64,000 bases of DNA, taken from positions 8,273-72,272 of the forward strand of contig JAGWZL010000007.1 of the NCBI GenBank assembly GCA_018968815.1. The letters are read 5' to 3'. The DNA comes from Verrucomicrobiota bacterium. GTDB taxonomy: Bacteria > Chlamydiota > Chlamydiia > Chlamydiales > SM23-39. Below are positions 49,422 through 59,083 of the stretch, piece by piece. The number at the start of each line of letters is the position of its first letter. Position 1 is the first letter of the stretch. The position numbers were made by a program, and so were the translations under genes. Below the pieces are notes generated by a model, which did no database searches, was not told where the DNA came from, and saw only the letters and a program-made list of their open reading frames with translations.

Positions 49422-50670
49422 GTTCTTCCATTTTTTGGATGCATCTCCCACTGTGTATCACGCAGCGCGCGTGATTGCCGCCCGTTTCAAGGAGGCCGGT
49501 TTTACGGCCCTTACGGAGGGAGAGAAGTGGAAGTTAGAGCCTGGCAAGAGTTATTTTGTCTCTCGGGAAGATACCCTTCTTGCAGCCTTTCGGCTGCCGG
49601 AAAAGAGGCCTGTCAGCGCGATTCTTTTAGCGAGCCACATCGACAGTCCTGCCTTAAAGATCAAGCCTCATCCTGAAATCTCCACCCAAGGGATCGGCTT
49701 GCTCGGCACGGAAACCTATGGGGGCCCCTTATTGCATACATGGCTGGATCGCGACTTGGCGCTGGGCGGGCGGATCTTTGTTCTGAACAGCCGCGGCCAG
49801 CGCGAATCCAAAATCGTCTTATTAGAGAAACATCCGGTCATCATTCCGGGCCTTGCCATCCATCTCAACCGCGATTTGAATGAAAAGGGGTTGATCGTCC
49901 ACAAGCAGGATCATTTAAAAGCGGTTTTCTCGCTCCAACACCGAGAACATCATTTTGAGGATTTGCTCAAACAAGATCATCCTTTTCAAACATTGCTCAG
50001 TTTTGATCTCTATTTGGTGCCGCTCGAAAAGGCCCGTTACAATGGAGCGAATGGGGAGTTGATTTCGTCTTATCGGATCGATAATTTATCTTCCGCTTTT
50101 GCATCGCTTGAGGCGCTGACGCACTCCAAAGTGCACAAAGAGCGGATTCAGATGGCGGTCTTCTGGGATCACGAAGAGATTGGATCCAAAACCTATGCGG
50201 GGGCCGATTCGGTATTCATCCATGAACTCTTTGAGCGGATTTGTATTCCATTCAAGATGGATCGGGAAGATTACTATCGGATGAAGAGTGCGTCGCTGTG
50301 CCTTTCATGCGATGTAGCGCATGCCTATCATCCGAATTATGCAGACAAATGCGATCCGCAAAACGCGCCCTTTATGGGCAAGGGGCCTGCCGTGAAATTC
50401 AGTCCCCGTTATGCGACGAGCGCCTCGACTGCAGCGCCTCTTTTTCATCTTGCGCAAAAGCATCGCATCCCGCTGCAATCCTACGCTTCCCGATCGGATC
50501 TTCCTGGGGGCAGCACAGTGGGCGCGATGATGGGGGCAAGTCCCGGCATTCCGACGGTCGATCTTGGGGTGGCCTGCTGGGCAATGCACTCGATTCGGGA
50601 GACGATTGCCGCGGCCGATCAAGAGGCTCTCACGCAGCTGTTAACCATTGCGCTTTCTGAGGAGCTGTGA
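49414..50670 (+). CDS. M18 family aminopeptidase
   Basis: SHIDSP, RIDNL, DHEEIGS, DVAHA and AMHSIRE motifs. Confidence 0.93.
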   Translation: MDKFFHFLDASPTVYHAARVIAARFKEAGFTALTEGEKWKLEPGKSYFVSREDTLLAAFRLPEKRPVSAILLASHIDSPALKIKPHPEISTQGIGLLGTETYGGPLLHTWLDRDLALGGRIFVLNSRGQRESKIVLLEKHPVIIPGLAIHLNRDLNEKGLIVHKQDHLKAVFSLQHREHHFEDLLKQDHPFQTLLSFDLYLVPLEKARYNGANGELISSYRIDNLSSAFASLEALTHSKVHKERIQMAVFWDHEEIGSKTYAGADSVFIHELFERICIPFKMDREDYYRMKSASLCLSCDVAHAYHPNYADKCDPQNAPFMGKGPAVKFSPRYATSASTAAPLFHLAQKHRIPLQSYASRSDLPGGSTVGAMMGASPGIPTVDLGVACWAMHSIRETIAAADQEALTQLLTIALSEEL

Positions 50671-51386
50671 ACCACTTTAAAGGAAAAGCAGCCCTAGAAC
50701 ATGTGGTGGAAGCGCGCCTCAAAGGGCGGCTCGCTTCAGCCGAAGTGCATGGGACCGAGCCTCCTGGCCACGTGAGCGCAGCGGCCGATGCTGCGAAAGA
50801 AACCGCCGTGTATCTCCTCATTTTATGGACGTTAATGGGAAGTGCGGCCTATTGGGTCCTTCTCGTTTTTGTTTTGGCGTTGCTCTTATGGAAAGTGGGG
50901 CGCAGCGCCCTTTTGGGTTGGTCGCGCTTAGAGCGGCTGCACCGGTTGATTGAGGAAGAGCGTTATGAAATCGAACACCATCGGGCGCAAGAAAAAGAGG
51001 AGCTCAGAGCGCTGTATGCCGCGAAAGGGTTTTCGGGCAAACTCCTCGATGAAGTGATTGAAGTGCTCATGGCCGATGATCATCGACTCTTACAGGTGAT
51101 GTTGGAAGAGGAGCTGGGGCTCAATCTCGAGACGCACGAACATCCGCTCAAGCAAGCGGCGGGAGCGTGTATCGGCGTTGCGGGGGCATCGCTTGTGATG
51201 TCTTTTGGGGTTTTTGCTTTGCCTATGTGGGGCCTCCCTCTTTGCGGGGCGATTGTGATTATGTTATCTGCGGGAACGAGCGCGCAGCTTGAGAAAAACC
51301 AGATCGTTCCGTCGATCATTTGGAATTTGGCAGTGGCTGCGCTCGCCATCCTGGCTGCCTATTTTCTAGCCCAGTTATTTTTATGA
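50667..51386 (+). CDS. VIT1/CCC1 family protein
   Basis: EKEELRALYAAKGF...MLEEELG; TM segments; upstream of the P-type ATPase. Confidence 0.82.
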   Translation: MNHFKGKAALEHVVEARLKGRLASAEVHGTEPPGHVSAAADAAKETAVYLLILWTLMGSAAYWVLLVFVLALLLWKVGRSALLGWSRLERLHRLIEEERYEIEHHRAQEKEELRALYAAKGFSGKLLDEVIEVLMADDHRLLQVMLEEELGLNLETHEHPLKQAAGACIGVAGASLVMSFGVFALPMWGLPLCGAIVIMLSAGTSAQLEKNQIVPSIIWNLAVAALAILAAYFLAQLFL

Positions 51387-53266
51387 AAACGCCCTATCTT
51401 TTCGATGAGTTTTTATCTTCGGGCGGCGAAGAGAGCATGAGTCCATTCTTGATCGCCTCTTCGCGCAAGTGGGGCAAGAATCTGCATTTGCGCAGTGCGG
51501 GTCTTGCGAGCGCACTGCTCGCGCTTGCGTTTGCCTTTTCGTTCCTATCGACTCCCCTGTCCCATCTGTTCCTTCTCTTCGTCTATTTTCTCGTCGGCGT
51601 CCCTGCCCTCATCGCCTCCCTCAACGATCTGAAAAATCTGGAGATCAACATCGATGTGTTGATGACGCTCGCCGCTTTTTTGGCTTTAGTGATTGACAGC
51701 GGCTTAGAGGGGGCGTTGCTGCTCGTCCTGTTTGAGTTGTCGCACGGGATGGAGGATGCGGTCTCGACCAAGGCCAAATCGGCGTTGCACAATCTCAATC
51801 ATATCGCTCCGAAATTTGCTCACATGATTGACGCCGATGGGATGCAATATGAAAAATCGGTGAGGGACATCCGAGTGGGTGAGCGGGTGCTCGTCAAGCA
51901 TGGCGAAATCGTCCCGCTCGATGGCAAGGTGGTGGAAGGGATCTCTTCGGTCAATCTCGTCCATTTGACGGGAGAAAGCCTGCCTGTCCCGAAAACGGTG
52001 GGTGAGATTGTTCCTGCGGGCGCAAAGAATTTAGAGGCGGCGCTGGTGGTGGAAGTGAATCGGACGGCGTCCGATTCGACGTTGACCCGCATCATTCGGC
52101 TGATCACCGAGGCGCAAAGCGCGAAGCCAAAACTGCAAAGGTGGCTTGACCGGTTTGGGCAGTACTATGCAACGGCGATTATTGCCCTCACGTTTCTATT
52201 TGCGGTGGGCCTCCCTTTTGTGGCGTCCATGAGCTATTTTGGCCATGAGGGGTCGGTCTATCGGGCGCTTGCGTTTCTGATCGCCGCCTCTCCTTGTGCG
52301 CTCATCATCGCCACACCGACCGCCTATTTGAGTTCCATTAGCGCCTCTGCCCGCAAGGGGATCTTGCTCAAAGGGGGCATTACGCTCGATGCGTTGGCCC
52401 GCTGCTCCATCGTCGCTTTCGACAAAACGGGGACGCTCACCACAGGCGAGCTGGAGTGCGCATCGGGGAACTGTTCGGATGCTGCGCTGGCCGTGGCGTA
52501 TGGCCTAGAGCGGAACGTGAAGCATCCGATTGCCGCATCCATTTGCAAGCTCGCGCAAAAACGGGGGCTGCAGCCTGCGCAAATCGCTCATTTCAAAGTG
52601 ATTCCTGGCAAAGGGGTGGAGGGCGTGGTGGAGGGAAAACGGGTGGCGATTGGGAGACCCGATTGGATCGGCGTCAAGGGGGAACACACGGGTGTTTTAG
52701 CAGCGCTCCTCCATGAGGGCAACACCTCTTTGTTTCGGTTTACCGACCAGGTGCGCCATGACTTACCCACACTGCTCAAAGCCTTGCCGCTGCGCCCCGT
52801 GATGCTCACGGGAGATCATCTGCAAAGCGCCCACACCGTCGCCAAAGCGCTGGGCATTTCCGAAGTGTACGCCAATTTGCGTCCTGAAGACAAACTCGAC
52901 AAGGTGGCGGAACTTTCGGAGGCGGGAGGCCTTGTGATGGTAGGCGACGGCATCAACGATGCGCCGGCTCTAGCCCGAGCGACGGTGGGCATCTCGATGG
53001 GCCGCATCGGCAGCGCCACGGCCGTCGACGCCTCCGATGTGGTGCTGCTCAACGACGATTTGCATCTGCTCTCCTGGCTGTTCAGAAAGTCAAAAAAAAC
53101 CCAGGCGATCGTGAAGCAAAACCTCACCCTCGCCCTCAGTGTGATCGTCCTGGCGACCACCCCCGCCCTACTCGGCCTGGTCCCGCTGTGGCTCGCCGTG
53201 ATCCTCCACGAGGGCGGCACCGTTCTCGTCGGCCTCAACAGTTTGCGTTTACTGAGAGATCGTTAA
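51383..53266 (+). CDS. Heavy-metal P1B-type ATPase (ZntA/CadA-like, SPC motif)
   Basis: TGES, SPC, DKTGT, HP, GDGINDAP and HEGGT motifs. Confidence 0.94.
   Translation: MKTPYLFDEFLSSGGEESMSPFLIASSRKWGKNLHLRSAGLASALLALAFAFSFLSTPLSHLFLLFVYFLVGVPALIASLNDLKNLEINIDVLMTLAAFLALVIDSGLEGALLLVLFELSHGMEDAVSTKAKSALHNLNHIAPKFAHMIDADGMQYEKSVRDIRVGERVLVKHGEIVPLDGKVVEGISSVNLVHLTGESLPVPKTVGEIVPAGAKNLEAALVVEVNRTASDSTLTRIIRLITEAQSAKPKLQRWLDRFGQYYATAIIALTFLFAVGLPFVASMSYFGHEGSVYRALAFLIAASPCALIIATPTAYLSSISASARKGILLKGGITLDALARCSIVAFDKTGTLTTGELECASGNCSDAALAVAYGLERNVKHPIAASICKLAQKRGLQPAQIAHFKVIPGKGVEGVVEGKRVAIGRPDWIGVKGEHTGVLAALLHEGNTSLFRFTDQVRHDLPTLLKALPLRPVMLTGDHLQSAHTVAKALGISEVYANLRPEDKLDKVAELSEAGGLVMVGDGINDAPALARATVGISMGRIGSATAVDASDVVLLNDDLHLLSWLFRKSKKTQAIVKQNLTLALSVIVLATTPALLGLVPLWLAVILHEGGTVLVGLNSLRLLRDR
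53186..53205 (+). repeat. Direct repeat, left copy (inside the ATPase 3' end)
   Basis: CTGTGGCTCGCCGTGATCCT; 19/20 identical to 55956-55975. Confidence 0.7.
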
Positions 53267-53267
53267 T

Positions 53268-53699
53268 ATGGAAATGGAAGGGAAAATCTGGAAAGATGGC
53301 AAATTCTGGCTCGTCGAAGTGCCTGCCCTTGACGCCATGACTCAAGGTAAAACCCGTAAAGAAGCGTTAGCCATGGCGGAGGATTTGATTCTTGAGATGA
53401 CACAGAGTTATTTCGAAGATGAAATCGGCAAAGATTTTACTGTGACCATTCTTGACTATAAAAAAGATGTGATCGGAGTCGCAGCAAACGATACCCGATT
53501 GTTTTTAGCGCTCTCTTTGAGAAGGCAACGAGAAAAAAGCGGCTCCACTATTCGAGAGGCCTCCAAACGATTAAGATCCAAATCTCCCAATGCCTATGCT
53601 CAATACGAACGAGGCAAAACGAGTATTTCGGTCGATAAATATGAAGAGTTGCTCTCGGCAGCTAATCCGTTTGAAAAATTACGTCTTAAAATTGCTTAG
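53268..53699 (+). CDS. HicB-family antitoxin with C-terminal HTH; no adjacent hicA
   Basis: WLVEVPALDAMTQGKTRKEALAMAED; XRE-like HTH region (YAQYERG). Confidence 0.82.
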   Translation: MEMEGKIWKDGKFWLVEVPALDAMTQGKTRKEALAMAEDLILEMTQSYFEDEIGKDFTVTILDYKKDVIGVAANDTRLFLALSLRRQREKSGSTIREASKRLRSKSPNAYAQYERGKTSISVDKYEELLSAANPFEKLRLKIA

Positions 53700-53703
53700 T
53701 TTG

Positions 53704-53723
53704 AGAGACTGTTAACAGTCTCT
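53704..53723. repeat. Perfect 20-bp palindrome
   Basis: AGAGACTGTTAACAGTCTCT. Confidence 0.85.
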
Positions 53724-53808
53724 AACGGAAAAATAGTTTTACACATCATTTGCACTTAATAAAAAGTTCTGTGAAAATGGTAGCCCATTTCAAGTGGGGG
53801 ATTCCTAG

Positions 53809-55887
53809 ATGGCGGCTATTCACGCTTTCTCTTCTGCTCTGGATCTTTACAGGCAAAGAGCTCCGGATGGCTCTTTTCCTTATAGGGGAGGTATGCAGCA
53901 CGCTATTGACTTGTGCTATCGCATCCAAGCCTTGCCAGATGCAGAGAAAGCGGCTCGCGTGAATGATCTCGCCTGGCTGCGCTTGCAGATGAATACTCCC
54001 GTGGACCCGAATCTTCAATGGACCCATGTATGCAGTTGTAGGTATGTGACTGGAGTCTATCAACCTGAACTTTTGCAAAATCACAAACCGGGAATCGTCG
54101 CTTATGCAAATACGGTGCAACCTCCGATTTTGATGATAGCCTTTCCTGGGATGCAAAAATCTCAACTTGGCGATTGGGTAACCATCGGGAAATGTTTCTC
54201 TAAAGCTGTCGATCCTACGAATCCGAGACTTGCACATCTCCATTCTGGTGGCGGTTTTGCGGATGCAGCTAATGCTGCAGTTGATTTTCAGTTATTTCAG
54301 ATTATCCAACTAGTACTCAACGGCAAAGACAATCCAGAAGCCACACAAATTCTTTTCTGTGGGCATAGTTTGGGAGGGGCAGTAGCTTGTTTAACCGCTA
54401 TCAGATATTTCACTCGACGTTGGCCCCATATGGCCCATAACGATGGGCGCGTCACAGTCATCACGATTGGCCAACCCAAGGTTCTTAAAATCGGCTCTAA
54501 CACAATGTATGATCAGATCATGGGACAACAAAATTATCTGCGGATTGTCACCGCAGATTTTCAGGGAAAGTGGGATACTGTCACTGGCTGGCTGAATCAA
54601 AAAGTAGATGTGACCTTGGCATGTCATGCAGGATGGGAAAGGCGCCTTCCCACGCCAGGCGCATCCTTGCATGCACCCAACAGCTACTGGACAGCCATGG
54701 CCAATGACACTCTCCAAATACCTATGGTCCCCCATGAAGCAGTTCCTGACATCCAATATCCTAATCTATTGGAAGAGGTATTGAGTTCCTGCACAATATC
54801 AGTCCCCAGTCCCAATCAAGTTCGGTGTTATCAATTCCCTCGAGGAGATCTGCTCATCAGTCACAGAAACTATATGGGCCTGCTTTCCTGGCAAGGAGGC
54901 GAATTGACTTGCCAAAAACTCATTTCTGAAGATCCTGATAAACTTCAGATCGCACGTCCTCCCCTCATCACCGACCAAGCGCTCTACTGCACCCGATGCC
55001 CACCCGGGATAGGTAGCGGTCATGTGTGCCGCATCACTCTCCAGCCATCTGCCGCTGTTCCATCCTTCGATCTCGTAACGCACGGAGCAGCGCAATCTAT
55101 CGATGTGGATGGAGAGGGAAATCTCATTTGCTTATTTCACCAACACCAAAATATCGATCCAATTGTTGTATCCATTGATCCTACGACCTTAGCCAGAACC
55201 ACTTTATTGAGTGTCCCTTTCAGACAGATACAAACTGCAGGCTTGTTCTCTCATCAACAGTTCTTCATTGCGGGATATCCCAAGGAATGGAAAAAGCCGC
55301 ATCCTGTGATTGAGCTATGGGATCTAGCCACGAAACAACGTATGGCTCATTTTGATGTCCCTGGCCACGAGGTGGGCGTCGGACATGCAAACTTACAAGT
55401 GATCGATACACAACGAGTTGTTATCGCGTATTCAGGGCATCGCTGTAGCATTTGGGAACCACGCACAAACCAAGTCACCTCCCTTCCAGACGGGACTCAT
55501 GATTTGACAGGATTACATAACGGGGATTTAGCCGGATTTGGCGGAGGGATAGAAAAAGTACAAATACTACCCGCAGGAATAGGCTTGCGCTCACGTAAGC
55601 ACTTTCTCATCTTAGATCAAACCGGATTACAACCCAAAGTAGAGCTTAAAAATAGGTACTTAGCCTTTTCCGAAATGGGCAACGGACGGATCTGTTTACT
55701 GCATGCATCTGGAAGACTGGACTTGTTTGATCCCATCCGAAACGCGATCATATGGCAACGAGTAGGACAGTTTGGGCATCTAGAACCACCCGGCCAACCG
55801 AACAAGACAGCTTTTTTCCCAGCAGGCCCCAACAGAGTCATCCTGCAACATAATCATCAATTTTGGCATATCGCATTTCCCGAATAA
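53809..55887 (+). CDS. Class-3 lipase domain plus beta-propeller-like region, possible effector
   Basis: FCGHSLGGAVA nucleophile elbow, ITIGQP, DTV; C-terminal beta-rich repeats (IELWDL, SIWEP, LDLFD). Confidence 0.75.
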   Translation: MAAIHAFSSALDLYRQRAPDGSFPYRGGMQHAIDLCYRIQALPDAEKAARVNDLAWLRLQMNTPVDPNLQWTHVCSCRYVTGVYQPELLQNHKPGIVAYANTVQPPILMIAFPGMQKSQLGDWVTIGKCFSKAVDPTNPRLAHLHSGGGFADAANAAVDFQLFQIIQLVLNGKDNPEATQILFCGHSLGGAVACLTAIRYFTRRWPHMAHNDGRVTVITIGQPKVLKIGSNTMYDQIMGQQNYLRIVTADFQGKWDTVTGWLNQKVDVTLACHAGWERRLPTPGASLHAPNSYWTAMANDTLQIPMVPHEAVPDIQYPNLLEEVLSSCTISVPSPNQVRCYQFPRGDLLISHRNYMGLLSWQGGELTCQKLISEDPDKLQIARPPLITDQALYCTRCPPGIGSGHVCRITLQPSAAVPSFDLVTHGAAQSIDVDGEGNLICLFHQHQNIDPIVVSIDPTTLARTTLLSVPFRQIQTAGLFSHQQFFIAGYPKEWKKPHPVIELWDLATKQRMAHFDVPGHEVGVGHANLQVIDTQRVVIAYSGHRCSIWEPRTNQVTSLPDGTHDLTGLHNGDLAGFGGGIEKVQILPAGIGLRSRKHFLILDQTGLQPKVELKNRYLAFSEMGNGRICLLHASGRLDLFDPIRNAIIWQRVGQFGHLEPPGQPNKTAFFPAGPNRVILQHNHQFWHIAFPE

Positions 55888-55955
55888 CAGAAATCACATG
55901 ACCTGATCAAGAATGGCCCCAATACCGCAGCCTGCTCTATCGACCTGGGTCCTCC

Positions 55956-55975
55956 CTGTGGCTCGCCGTAATCCT
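55956..55975 (+). repeat. Direct repeat, right copy (intergenic)
   Basis: CTGTGGCTCGCCGTAATCCT; degenerate similarity extends about 25 nt further upstream. Confidence 0.7.
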
Positions 55976-56012
55976 ACTTGAATTTTTCCGAGCGACCCCA
56001 TAAAAGGGGCTT

Positions 56013-59000
56013 ATGCGCAATGATCCTGACCCCTCTTTGCCTCCGGAAGAGCTCAAAAAAGCCATCGACGTTGAGGTGAAAGCCTTTGAGGAATCGTTCC
56101 TCTGGCTCGAAAAGCATATGCCGCCCAGTTTCTTCAAAGCCATCGATCACGAAACAAAGATCCTGATCGCCAGAAACTTAATGAGCTTTTGCCTCCAGGA
56201 TTATTTCTCCCCCATTTATTTCAAACACAAGATCATCGTCCTTTGCCATGATGCCCCCAATGCCGATTTGAAGATTTTTAAAAAGTTTAAACAATATGTG
56301 ATCCGCTATTACCGCGACTTCACCTCAAACGCCCCAGCGCCCCACGATACGAGCGGCAAAAATTTGCGCATCGCCTTCTTGTACTTTTACGATCTATCTA
56401 AAAATGAAAGCCTTACAAAAGAAAAAAGGACAGAACTGTTTGCCCACGCGCGCGAGCACAACCCGAATTTGAAGGACGAGGAGATCGAGGCGCTCGTCAA
56501 CGGCATCACGCCGAACTTTCTCAATTCGATGAAGGGCGAGCGGCTCTCTCTTGCATTGAGCCTCTTTTTCAAGGCCAAAAATGAGGAGCAGTGTCAATAC
56601 GAAGTGTGGCGCAAAGAGGATTGGCAAGCCAAAGAGGCTCCCTCTTTGCAGCTTGTGTTGGCTTGGCGCAATGTGCCGAAATCGGGATTTCTCTATCGCC
56701 TTGCCAAAGTGGCGAACTCCCACAATCTCACGCTTCGCAGAGTGGTGGGCACCTATATTGATTTATCGAGCACGGAGACGATTCTCATTCTCTCTTTGGG
56801 CTTGCATGGCAAAGCGGGCAAAGCGGCCTGGGAAGAGGCCGATGTGGAGGATTTTTTACGCGAATTTTGTCTGATCAAATATTTTGACACAGATGACAAA
56901 GTGGGCGCTGTGTTTACAGACACTCACCTCCTCACCGGCAATGAGGCCCATCTCGTGCGCAACCTCATCGCTTTTGCCCATCAGGTGCTGGTGTATGGGG
57001 ACGTCAACTTCTATTCCTACGAAAATGTCGTCGAAGGGTTTTGCCGTCATCCCGAACTCACCGTACAGCTCCCCCAACTCTTTGCAGCGAAATTCCACCC
57101 TGAAAAGAGCGACCTGATCCAATATGAGGCTTTGAAGAAAGAGTTTTCGCAAAATGTGGACAAACTCGACACGGGCCATGCGATCAATGATCTGAGGAGG
57201 AAAAACGTTTTAAAGCAAGGGCTGCAATTCATCGACCACACGCTCAAAACCAATTTCTATCGGGGCAATAAGAGCAGTTTTGCGTTCCGGCTCGACCCCA
57301 AATACATGGATTTAGTTCCCTATGAGCGCAAAGACAAATTTCCCGAACTGCCCTTTGGCATCTTTTTTATTCGGGGGATGCATTTCATAGGGTTCAACAT
57401 CCGCTTCAAGGACCTTGCGCGCGGCGGCGTTAGGACGGTGATTCCCGAGCGAATGGAGTCGTATCTCTACGAGCGGGGCCACATCTTCTCCGAAGCCTAC
57501 AACCTAGCCTACACGCAGCAAAAGAAAAACAAGGACATTCCGGAAGGCGGGGCGAAAACAGCCATCCTTCTCAAACCGTTTGAGGTCTTTGCCGAAGAGG
57601 AGGAGATTTTCAAAAAAGAGATGAAAGCCGACGGGATCGATCAGGCTCTTTGGGAAGATAAACTCAAAATCTACCGGCGCGATCATCGGCTCGATTACAT
57701 TTATGCATCGCAAAGCTCTTTTGTGGACAGTTTGATGACGCTTGTCAATTGCGACGACGATGGGACATTGAGAGCAGGATCGATCGTCGACTATTGGAAA
57801 AAACCGGAATATATCTACTTAGGCCCCGATGAGAACATGTTCAATGACATGCTCATCTGGATCGCGAATTTTGCCGTCAAACACAACTACAAACCGGGCC
57901 GCTCGTTCATTACCGGCAAGCCCGGAGCGGGCATCAACCACAAAGAATTTGGCGTCACCTCCTATGGCGTCAACGTCTATCTCGAGCAGATGCTCCTCTT
58001 TTTAGGGATCGACCCGCAAAAAGATCCGTTTACCGTCAAAATTTCGGGCGGGCCGGATGGCGATGTGGCGGGCAATGAGATTTTGAATCTTTGCAAATAC
58101 TATCCGAAAACGGCCAAACTCCTCGCCTTGACCGACGTTTCGGGGACGATCTACGACCCCAAGGGGCTCGATCTCGAGGAGATGTCGCAACTGTTTCATA
58201 AGAGTTTGCCCATCCGCAATTACCCTGCTGAGAAACTCCATGAGGGTGGATTTTTGCTCGATGTGAAGACAAAGCGCGAAGAGAGCGCCTACGCGCAAGA
58301 GACGCTGATCTGGCGCAAGCAAGGGGGAAAAGCGGTTCGGGATTGGATTTCTGGCAATGAGATGAATCAGCTCTATCGAAATAATGTGCATCAGACGAAA
58401 ACGGATGTGTTTATTCCTGCCGGGGGCAGGCCGAGGACTTTGAATGAGACGAACTATTCGAGCTTTTTAGATGAAGCGGGAAAACCCACTTCAAAGGCGA
58501 TCGTGGAGGGGGCCAATCTCTACCTCACCCCGGGAGCTCGCAGAGCGCTCGAAAAATTGGGCGTGCTCATCTTCAAAGACAGCTCCTGCAATAAAGGAGG
58601 CGTGATCTGCTCCTCTTTTGAGGTGCTCGCAAGCCTTTGTATGAGCGAATCAGACTTCCTCAAAGAGAAAAAGGAGTATGTCCAAGAAGTATTAGAGCTC
58701 ATCGGCAAAGCGGCGCGTAATGAGGCGCGGCTGCTTCTCGACTCGCATCGCAGTACAGGAGGGTTTTTGACCGATCTATCCGATTTAGTCTCCGAGCGGA
58801 TCAATCTGTTTAAATACCAACTGCTCGATTATCTGACTCCCCTGCCCTTCGATCAACATCCCGAACTGATCCGATGCCTCATCCAATACTGCCCGCCGCT
58901 TCTGCGCAAACGGTATAAAGCGCAAATTCTCGCCATGCCCGACATTCACAAAAAAGCGGTGATTTCCTGTACGATTGCTTCACATCTCGTCTATAAAAAA

Positions 59001-59081
59001 GGGCTCGACTGGAGCCCGAGTGTCGCCGACGTGTTGCCCATGATCGCCCAAGATCGGGAAATTATGGGAGATGACCTATAG
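56013..59081 (+). CDS. Large NAD-specific glutamate dehydrogenase
   Basis: ARGGVR, KNKDIPEGGAK, GPDE, GGPDGDVAGN, IVEGANL and NKGGVICSSFE motifs. Confidence 0.92.
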   Translation: MRNDPDPSLPPEELKKAIDVEVKAFEESFLWLEKHMPPSFFKAIDHETKILIARNLMSFCLQDYFSPIYFKHKIIVLCHDAPNADLKIFKKFKQYVIRYYRDFTSNAPAPHDTSGKNLRIAFLYFYDLSKNESLTKEKRTELFAHAREHNPNLKDEEIEALVNGITPNFLNSMKGERLSLALSLFFKAKNEEQCQYEVWRKEDWQAKEAPSLQLVLAWRNVPKSGFLYRLAKVANSHNLTLRRVVGTYIDLSSTETILILSLGLHGKAGKAAWEEADVEDFLREFCLIKYFDTDDKVGAVFTDTHLLTGNEAHLVRNLIAFAHQVLVYGDVNFYSYENVVEGFCRHPELTVQLPQLFAAKFHPEKSDLIQYEALKKEFSQNVDKLDTGHAINDLRRKNVLKQGLQFIDHTLKTNFYRGNKSSFAFRLDPKYMDLVPYERKDKFPELPFGIFFIRGMHFIGFNIRFKDLARGGVRTVIPERMESYLYERGHIFSEAYNLAYTQQKKNKDIPEGGAKTAILLKPFEVFAEEEEIFKKEMKADGIDQALWEDKLKIYRRDHRLDYIYASQSSFVDSLMTLVNCDDDGTLRAGSIVDYWKKPEYIYLGPDENMFNDMLIWIANFAVKHNYKPGRSFITGKPGAGINHKEFGVTSYGVNVYLEQMLLFLGIDPQKDPFTVKISGGPDGDVAGNEILNLCKYYPKTAKLLALTDVSGTIYDPKGLDLEEMSQLFHKSLPIRNYPAEKLHEGGFLLDVKTKREESAYAQETLIWRKQGGKAVRDWISGNEMNQLYRNNVHQTKTDVFIPAGGRPRTLNETNYSSFLDEAGKPTSKAIVEGANLYLTPGARRALEKLGVLIFKDSSCNKGGVICSSFEVLASLCMSESDFLKEKKEYVQEVLELIGKAARNEARLLLDSHRSTGGFLTDLSDLVSERINLFKYQLLDYLTPLPFDQHPELIRCLIQYCPPLLRKRYKAQILAMPDIHKKAVISCTIASHLVYKKGLDWSPSVADVLPMIAQDREIMGDDL

Positions 59082-59083
59082 CG

